A stretch of 32,771 nucleotides of DNA from a virus (taxonomy: Duplodnaviria; Caudoviricetes), in the IMG/VR virus record IMGVR_UViG_3300020393_000015, positions 1 through 32,771 of that record; one strand, given 5' to 3'. The translations under genes and the position numbers were made by a program. Positions 27,905 through 32,771 of this stretch are shown one piece after another (position 1 is the stretch's first letter; each line of letters opens with the position of its first letter). The notes beneath the pieces are model-generated. The model was given only the letters and a program-made list of their open reading frames with translations, made no database searches and was not told where the DNA came from.

Positions 27905-29935
27905 TTATGACGTTGCTCCTGCGTAGATTATGTAATTTAATGTTAAGAAAGGATCCATTACGTTGAATGGTTGACCTTTTGTCCCTGCTACACTACCTGA
28001 ACTTGCCAATGCCTGTGCTGTGTTTATACCAGTAGGACCATTGAACTGAATTACTTCAGGATCTGTTGGTGCATCTGCAATATTTCTAATTACATAAAAT
28101 TGATCTTGATTGTCTGCTCTTAAATCATGTTCGTGATCAGGTAATTGTTCTTTAGCAATAGTTTTTTCTTCCGAACCACCAAATCCACCCAATGCATCTG
28201 CGACTGTATCAGCAACAACATTAGCACTTGTACCACCCATGTTGTCTTTACCAGTAACTTGTCTACCTCTTAAATCAGGCAATTTGAAAACTGCTGTTGA
28301 AGATGGAGTTCCATACTGCAATCCTATAATGCCATATAATGTTGCATAAGTGGATCTGTTAACTTCTTGTCCATCACACAACAACCAACCTGTTGGAGCG
28401 TTAGCACCTGCAAACGCTATTACCGAACCAACTGGAGGTGTTGGCACTGTGCTTAAAATATTTTGTACAGTGGTTCTAAATAGTCCTGTTGTACCTTCTG
28501 TTCTGTTTATTAAAACTTCATCTGTGTTTTGTGAAGTGCCTGTGCTTTGTTTGTTTGAAATGAATGCATTAGATATTGAAGTTGTAAAACTTTTTACAAG
28601 ATCACCTGTGCCGTCAAACGTAAATCCAGTTGCAGAAACATCTCCTGTCATTTGGAAAGTGGTTGCACTTGTCAATTGATTAGCCTGAGTGGCTACACCG
28701 TTCAAACTTCCTGATACGTTTCCATTAAAAGAACCATAAAATTGGTTTCCATAAACATTTAAGAATTTTTTATTTGTTGAACCTATGTCATGTGTTAAAT
28801 TATCATTTGGCATGATAGCATCAACAGATAAATTTCCGCCAACATTTACATTTTCGCCAACTGTTAAACTTTTTGATATCCCAACACCACCAATTGTTGT
28901 GATAGCACCTGTGCCAACACTAGTTGAATCTGTTGAATTGTCAACAATAATTTTACCATTAGACGAATCTAATCCTGTTGTTTTAAGATTTCCTAAAACT
29001 TCCAATGCTTCTGTTGGTGCAGTTGTATTAATACCAACTTTTTGTGTTGCATCTATTCTCATTACAGTTCTGCTTACACCACTGTCATTAACTTTGAAGT
29101 CGATATTAGAACCTGCTGTTTGATGACTTAGAACACCTGCTTGACCTTCAACACTTAATTTAAGTGTGCCACTTAATCCTACTTCAACTCCAGCATTGTT
29201 TTTAATTTTAAGTCCAAAGTCTGATGAACTTGTTGTATCTGATCTTAAAAAGTTGTTTGCCGCTATGGTTTGATTTCCTACAACTAATGCATCGGCTTTT
29301 TCCGCAGTACCGTACATTTTAGGAATGCCGTCACCTTCAACATCTGTTAAACTTAAATTAACTCCTGGTTGAAGTGTGCTGAATCCTGCTATGTTGGACT
29401 TAGGTGTGAATGACTCACTTGCAATAATGGCAATAACTTTTCCCGCAACTTGTATTTTAACAATTGAATGAGTAACATCATCTGTGCCTGCAATTGATTC
29501 TGGCTTGGTTCCGCTAGATAATCCTGTACTAAACTCAGGACCTACAAGTATCCAACCCGAACCTGTAAACAAATAAAGTTGTTGATTGCCTGTGTCTACC
29601 CAAAGATCACCTGCTGTACTTTCTGCTGACCCAGGTTGATTACCACCTTTTTTCAATCCACCGCTTGATACCCAGTTAGTACCATCATATACTTTAAGTT
29701 GATTAATACCTGGAGTTATGTCATACCATAATTGACCTTCTATAGGTCTCTGTGGAGCAGAATTTTTTGCAAAATTTTCTAATAAATGTAAAAAGTTTTC
29801 ACCTATTACTTGTCCGTAGTTGTTTGAATTCTTTCCTGGAAATTGTAGTGATGTTTCTTGGTTAGGAACACTGCCATCTTCAACAGTAATAGCCTGTTTG
29901 TTAATTGTATCACTAAAATTTATTGTATATGGCAT
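27905..29935 (-). CDS. Tail fibre with phage tail-collar domain (gp12-like short fibre)
   Basis: Same N-terminal module; PVGSVIAFAG..APTGWLLCDG...FKLPDLRG collar; LPDHEH metal-binding motif; ends LNYIIY. Confidence 0.88.
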   Translation of the reverse strand: MPYTINFSDTINKQAITVEDGSVPNQETSLQFPGKNSNNYGQVIGENFLHLLENFAKNSAPQRPIEGQLWYDITPGINQLKVYDGTNWVSSGGLKKGGNQPGSAESTAGDLWVDTGNQQLYLFTGSGWILVGPEFSTGLSSGTKPESIAGTDDVTHSIVKIQVAGKVIAIIASESFTPKSNIAGFSTLQPGVNLSLTDVEGDGIPKMYGTAEKADALVVGNQTIAANNFLRSDTTSSSDFGLKIKNNAGVEVGLSGTLKLSVEGQAGVLSHQTAGSNIDFKVNDSGVSRTVMRIDATQKVGINTTAPTEALEVLGNLKTTGLDSSNGKIIVDNSTDSTSVGTGAITTIGGVGISKSLTVGENVNVGGNLSVDAIMPNDNLTHDIGSTNKKFLNVYGNQFYGSFNGNVSGSLNGVATQANQLTSATTFQMTGDVSATGFTFDGTGDLVKSFTTSISNAFISNKQSTGTSQNTDEVLINRTEGTTGLFRTTVQNILSTVPTPPVGSVIAFAGANAPTGWLLCDGQEVNRSTYATLYGIIGLQYGTPSSTAVFKLPDLRGRQVTGKDNMGGTSANVVADTVADALGGFGGSEEKTIAKEQLPDHEHDLRADNQDQFYVIRNIADAPTDPEVIQFNGPTGINTAQALASSGSVAGTKGQPFNVMDPFLTLNYIIYAGATS

Positions 29936-29940
29936 CTATA

Positions 29941-30552
29941 CTACTCTCCAAGTAAACCAGATAAACTTTGTATTCTCACTGTATAATCTATTTGAATTAA
30001 TCTGTTTAATGATTTTTGCACAGGATGAAATATTACATGAGTTAATAAATTCCCAGTGCCTTGATCATTGTAACTTACTAAACCTAATTCGTCAAACACA
30101 TAATTTCCTTCTGTGTTGGTTGCATTGTCTACTGCATCTTGACCATTTGGTTCACCATAATCCAACAAACAAGTAACTAAAACATCTGTATAGTTTGTGC
30201 CACTCAAATGTCTTGTTTCTATTTTGTTTCTTTGTGGATCTAGATTTGAAACTGATCTATCATCTACAATTTTGCTGTAGGTTTGATTGTAAAGACTTGC
30301 ATTTGTACCAGTGCTGTTTGGAGTCAAATAAGTGATTATTCCAGTCGGGTCAATGGATGTACCACCGTTACCAAAAGCCATAGAACTAATGAATCCTTTG
30401 CCTTCGTTTGCTATGCTTTGAGCCAATGCTATACTCATATTTTCATAGTGAATAGCATTGCGTTTGTTCACATACACTTTGCCCGATTCAGGATCATGTA
30501 TCTTGATATGACCTTGTATGCTTACGCCGTTTTTATCTCTGATTTGTGTCAT
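29941..30552 (-). CDS. Putative baseplate/tail structural protein (203 aa)
   Basis: Lies in the structural operon with late motif and strong ribosome-binding site; MAFGNGG, FDELGL, THVIFHPVQKS. Confidence 0.65.
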   Translation of the reverse strand: MTQIRDKNGVSIQGHIKIHDPESGKVYVNKRNAIHYENMSIALAQSIANEGKGFISSMAFGNGGTSIDPTGIITYLTPNSTGTNASLYNQTYSKIVDDRSVSNLDPQRNKIETRHLSGTNYTDVLVTCLLDYGEPNGQDAVDNATNTEGNYVFDELGLVSYNDQGTGNLLTHVIFHPVQKSLNRLIQIDYTVRIQSLSGLLGE

Positions 30553-30571
30553 AATAAATGTTTTCTCCTTG

Positions 30572-30579
30572 TATTTATT
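30572..30579 (-). promoter_or_regulatory. Late-promoter-like AATAAATA plus ribosome-binding site
   Basis: Minus strand AATAAATACAAGGAGAAAAC; ATAAATACAAGGAGA is identical to the element at 25624-25638. Confidence 0.6.
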
Positions 30580-32692
30580 GCGGCAAAGTCACTTCTTTTT
30601 CTCGTAAGAAATTTCCTATGCGATTATCTGTTTGAGATAGTGTTTTTGTTGTATTTTCGTCAATAATTTCGTTCCAAACTCTACCAACACGTCTAATTAC
30701 CGTGATTTTAGTACCAGTTGGTATATTTGTGGTATCAGTAATAGTAAATGTTGACTCATTTGTATTGATATTGGTCACAGAGTATTCTGCTGGAAGTGTT
30801 ATATCCGCATCTGGACTGTCTAAATCCCTGGTCACATCAAAGGATTGTATGCTGTTTTTACGCATTCTTACTCCACCAACAAACAATTCAAACTCATTTG
30901 TGCTTTGTGCCGCCCAACCTAGTTCAAAAGTAGCATTGTTACCATCATATGTGTATACCTGAGTTATTGTTTGGTCTTTGTATGGCACAGTTTGATGAGC
31001 ACTTTGGTCAAATACTTCAGAATTAATCTGATATGTGTCTTTTATACCAGTACCTTTTGTACCTCTTCTTAACTGGCTTACTTTATTGTCCTGGTCTATT
31101 CTGTAATATTCAATTCTTTCACCTTCAATAAACAACACACCTGGCTCCAGTGTTCTTAAGTTAGGTGTTGCCAGTCCTTCTGTAGTGTTTAAACTGATTT
31201 CTTTATCATAATAATTTAATGTTGCCGCAAGGTAATAACGTCTATCATCTCCTAAACGTCTAAATGTTGTTGCGTTTGTCATATCTTTAAATTGTCTAAA
31301 GCCAAATTTAGTTACAAACTGAGGCGATGAGAAATGGAACAAATCAATTTGATCATTTGCATTTATCTGTGTGCCAATCTTAACAAACATTTGATCATTT
31401 GTAACTTTGTAATCAACACTTGGTGCTAATTTTACTCCATTAACATACACCCAAACATATTGAGCATCGCTGGCTGGTCGTCTTAATCTAATTCTTCCAT
31501 TTTGAAGTTGGTTAAAAACAAAATAATCTTCAGTGTTTGCTGTTATTGATTGTCTTGCAACGACATCAAAATTCATACGTTCAATTTTTTGCACATCGTG
31601 GTTACTAAATTGTGTTACAATAATTTTTTGTCCTTGTGCAGGAGCAACATCTAGCAACAAATTACCATTTGAATCAATAGTGTAATCGCCATCTGACAAG
31701 ACAAATACTTTTAGTAGGTCACCTGCAACGCCTATACCAGTTTGTAATCTAACAGAACTATTTCCTGCGTCCCATACAAACTCATTACTTGCTAATTCTA
31801 CATTGTTTAAAAATACTTTCACATCAGTTGCACTTGCTGATCCTGGCGGTTGTTGCCAATTAGGCAATTCGTACTCTAATAAGTTGCTTACTGTGAATTC
31901 AAAACTAAATCCTGGATTTAAAACTAAACCATTCACCTCAACAATAGTATTATGTCCTAAAGGTGTTGCATTAAATGGCGTCTGACTTAATGCATAAGTT
32001 GTTGAACTGCCGTCTGCTGTCAATGTTTCATGTGTTACTTCACTAAATGTTTTACTTGTACTTGCATACACCACAAAAGACACAACATCATTACTTGCTG
32101 GTGCTGTATTAAATCTTATTACAACACGTTTATCTGCACTGTAATTTTCATTACTTTCAAAAGTTGTAAAGTCTGTTGTTCTAACACCATTCACTGTGAC
32201 GTAAAGACTTAAATCTGCAGAATAAGTTGCTCTTGTTAAGAAATCAATAGTGCAGTCATCACCTGTAAGTGTGTCTATGTCTAAAATTTTCTCACCATTA
32301 TTACTCATTGTGACGTAATTTATTTTTGTACCATCTGCAGGAGCACTTGCAAACACTATTTTTTTGTTTTGAAAATCAACAGTGTAATCATTTCTATCTA
32401 TCATTGCATTGTTTACAGTTACGAACACTGCATCTATGCTTTGTGGAAAATCTTGGAAAGCATATTCAGTGGTTGTTCCGTCACCAACATGATTGTAACT
32501 TGATATTTTAGAACCTGATTCGCCGCCTCTGTCATAAACTTGTATATCCAAAGTATCAAACACGTGTCCTGGTACAAGTTCTTCAGGACCTTTGCTTGTT
32601 GTTGGAGTAATAAATCCATCACCGTCAACATTTATGTCTTCTGCTTTAGTAAAAACCAATCCTATGGCTGTCGTAAATTTAGTTTCACACAT
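30575..32692 (-). CDS. Large baseplate-wedge-like structural protein, probably only the C-terminal part
   Basis: Repeated ~70-aa beta modules (GDGTTTEYAF, GDDCTIDF, ADGSSTTYAL, YDGNNATFEL; V.VNG; F..APA.G); the 5' end near 32645 looks like a junction rather than a true start. Confidence 0.7.
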   Translation of the reverse strand: MCETKFTTAIGLVFTKAEDINVDGDGFITPTTSKGPEELVPGHVFDTLDIQVYDRGGESGSKISSYNHVGDGTTTEYAFQDFPQSIDAVFVTVNNAMIDRNDYTVDFQNKKIVFASAPADGTKINYVTMSNNGEKILDIDTLTGDDCTIDFLTRATYSADLSLYVTVNGVRTTDFTTFESNENYSADKRVVIRFNTAPASNDVVSFVVYASTSKTFSEVTHETLTADGSSTTYALSQTPFNATPLGHNTIVEVNGLVLNPGFSFEFTVSNLLEYELPNWQQPPGSASATDVKVFLNNVELASNEFVWDAGNSSVRLQTGIGVAGDLLKVFVLSDGDYTIDSNGNLLLDVAPAQGQKIIVTQFSNHDVQKIERMNFDVVARQSITANTEDYFVFNQLQNGRIRLRRPASDAQYVWVYVNGVKLAPSVDYKVTNDQMFVKIGTQINANDQIDLFHFSSPQFVTKFGFRQFKDMTNATTFRRLGDDRRYYLAATLNYYDKEISLNTTEGLATPNLRTLEPGVLFIEGERIEYYRIDQDNKVSQLRRGTKGTGIKDTYQINSEVFDQSAHQTVPYKDQTITQVYTYDGNNATFELGWAAQSTNEFELFVGGVRMRKNSIQSFDVTRDLDSPDADITLPAEYSVTNINTNESTFTITDTTNIPTGTKITVIRRVGRVWNEIIDENTTKTLSQTDNRIGNFLREKEVTLPQ

Positions 32693-32771
32693 TAATCAAC
32701 ATGTTTCTATGTTGGCTACTCAGGTTGTAGATAAAGCTTTAATTGAAGAAGCAGAAAAATTACGTAAACAA
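32634..32771 (+). CDS. Partial + strand reading frame MSSALVKTNPMAVVNLVSHINQHVSMLATQVVDKALIEEAEKLRKQ, probably from an unrelated locus
   Basis: Open to the window end with protein-like composition; overlaps the minus-strand gene head-to-head. Confidence 0.45.
   Translation, partial: MSSALVKTNPMAVVNLVSHINQHVSMLATQVVDKALIEEAEKLRKQ

Noticed and set aside
1141-32631. Many short antisense or alternate-frame ORFs in the ORF track (e.g. 1141-1410, 5940-6299, 15885-16337, 24652-24993, 26567-27007, 28350-29123)
   Set aside because: They are shadows of well-supported genes, expected from codon bias, and lack ribosome-binding sites or motifs.
1-32771. Stop-codon reassignment, as seen in some large phages
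   Set aside because: Genes are full length and tightly packed under the standard code, and TAA, TAG and TGA all serve as stops.
1-32771. tRNA, rRNA, integrase, transposase, intron or intein
   Set aside because: None recognisable; intergenic gaps are short and no such motifs were seen.

Overview
AT-rich, gene-dense fragment of a large tailed dsDNA bacteriophage (T4-like/jumbo myovirus style, with both sigma70-type promoters and T4-late-like ATAAATA motifs). The left part (1-6244, + strand) has small hypothetical genes, a MoxR-like AAA+ ATPase paired with a zincin-metallopeptidase/vWA protein, and a fibre protein with GNVT repeats. The middle (6360-23165) is about 17 kb of tailoring enzymes in three modules. 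Module A has three 2OG-Fe(II)/AspH-like oxygenases, three GNAT-like proteins and two PLP enzymes. Module B has a GT-B-like protein, a DegT aminotransferase, two radical SAM enzymes, a NodU/CmcH carbamoyltransferase, a nitroreductase and a SAM methyltransferase. Module C has four GT-A-type glycosyltransferases. The right part (23211-~32650, - strand) is a tail/baseplate operon with three paralogous fibre genes. Notable non-gene signals are near-complete avoidance of GCWGC and AGCT, a long intergenic hairpin abutting a late promoter, several probable leaderless transcripts, and an apparent chimeric junction in the last ~130 bp. All product calls come from motif reading by eye, not database searches.
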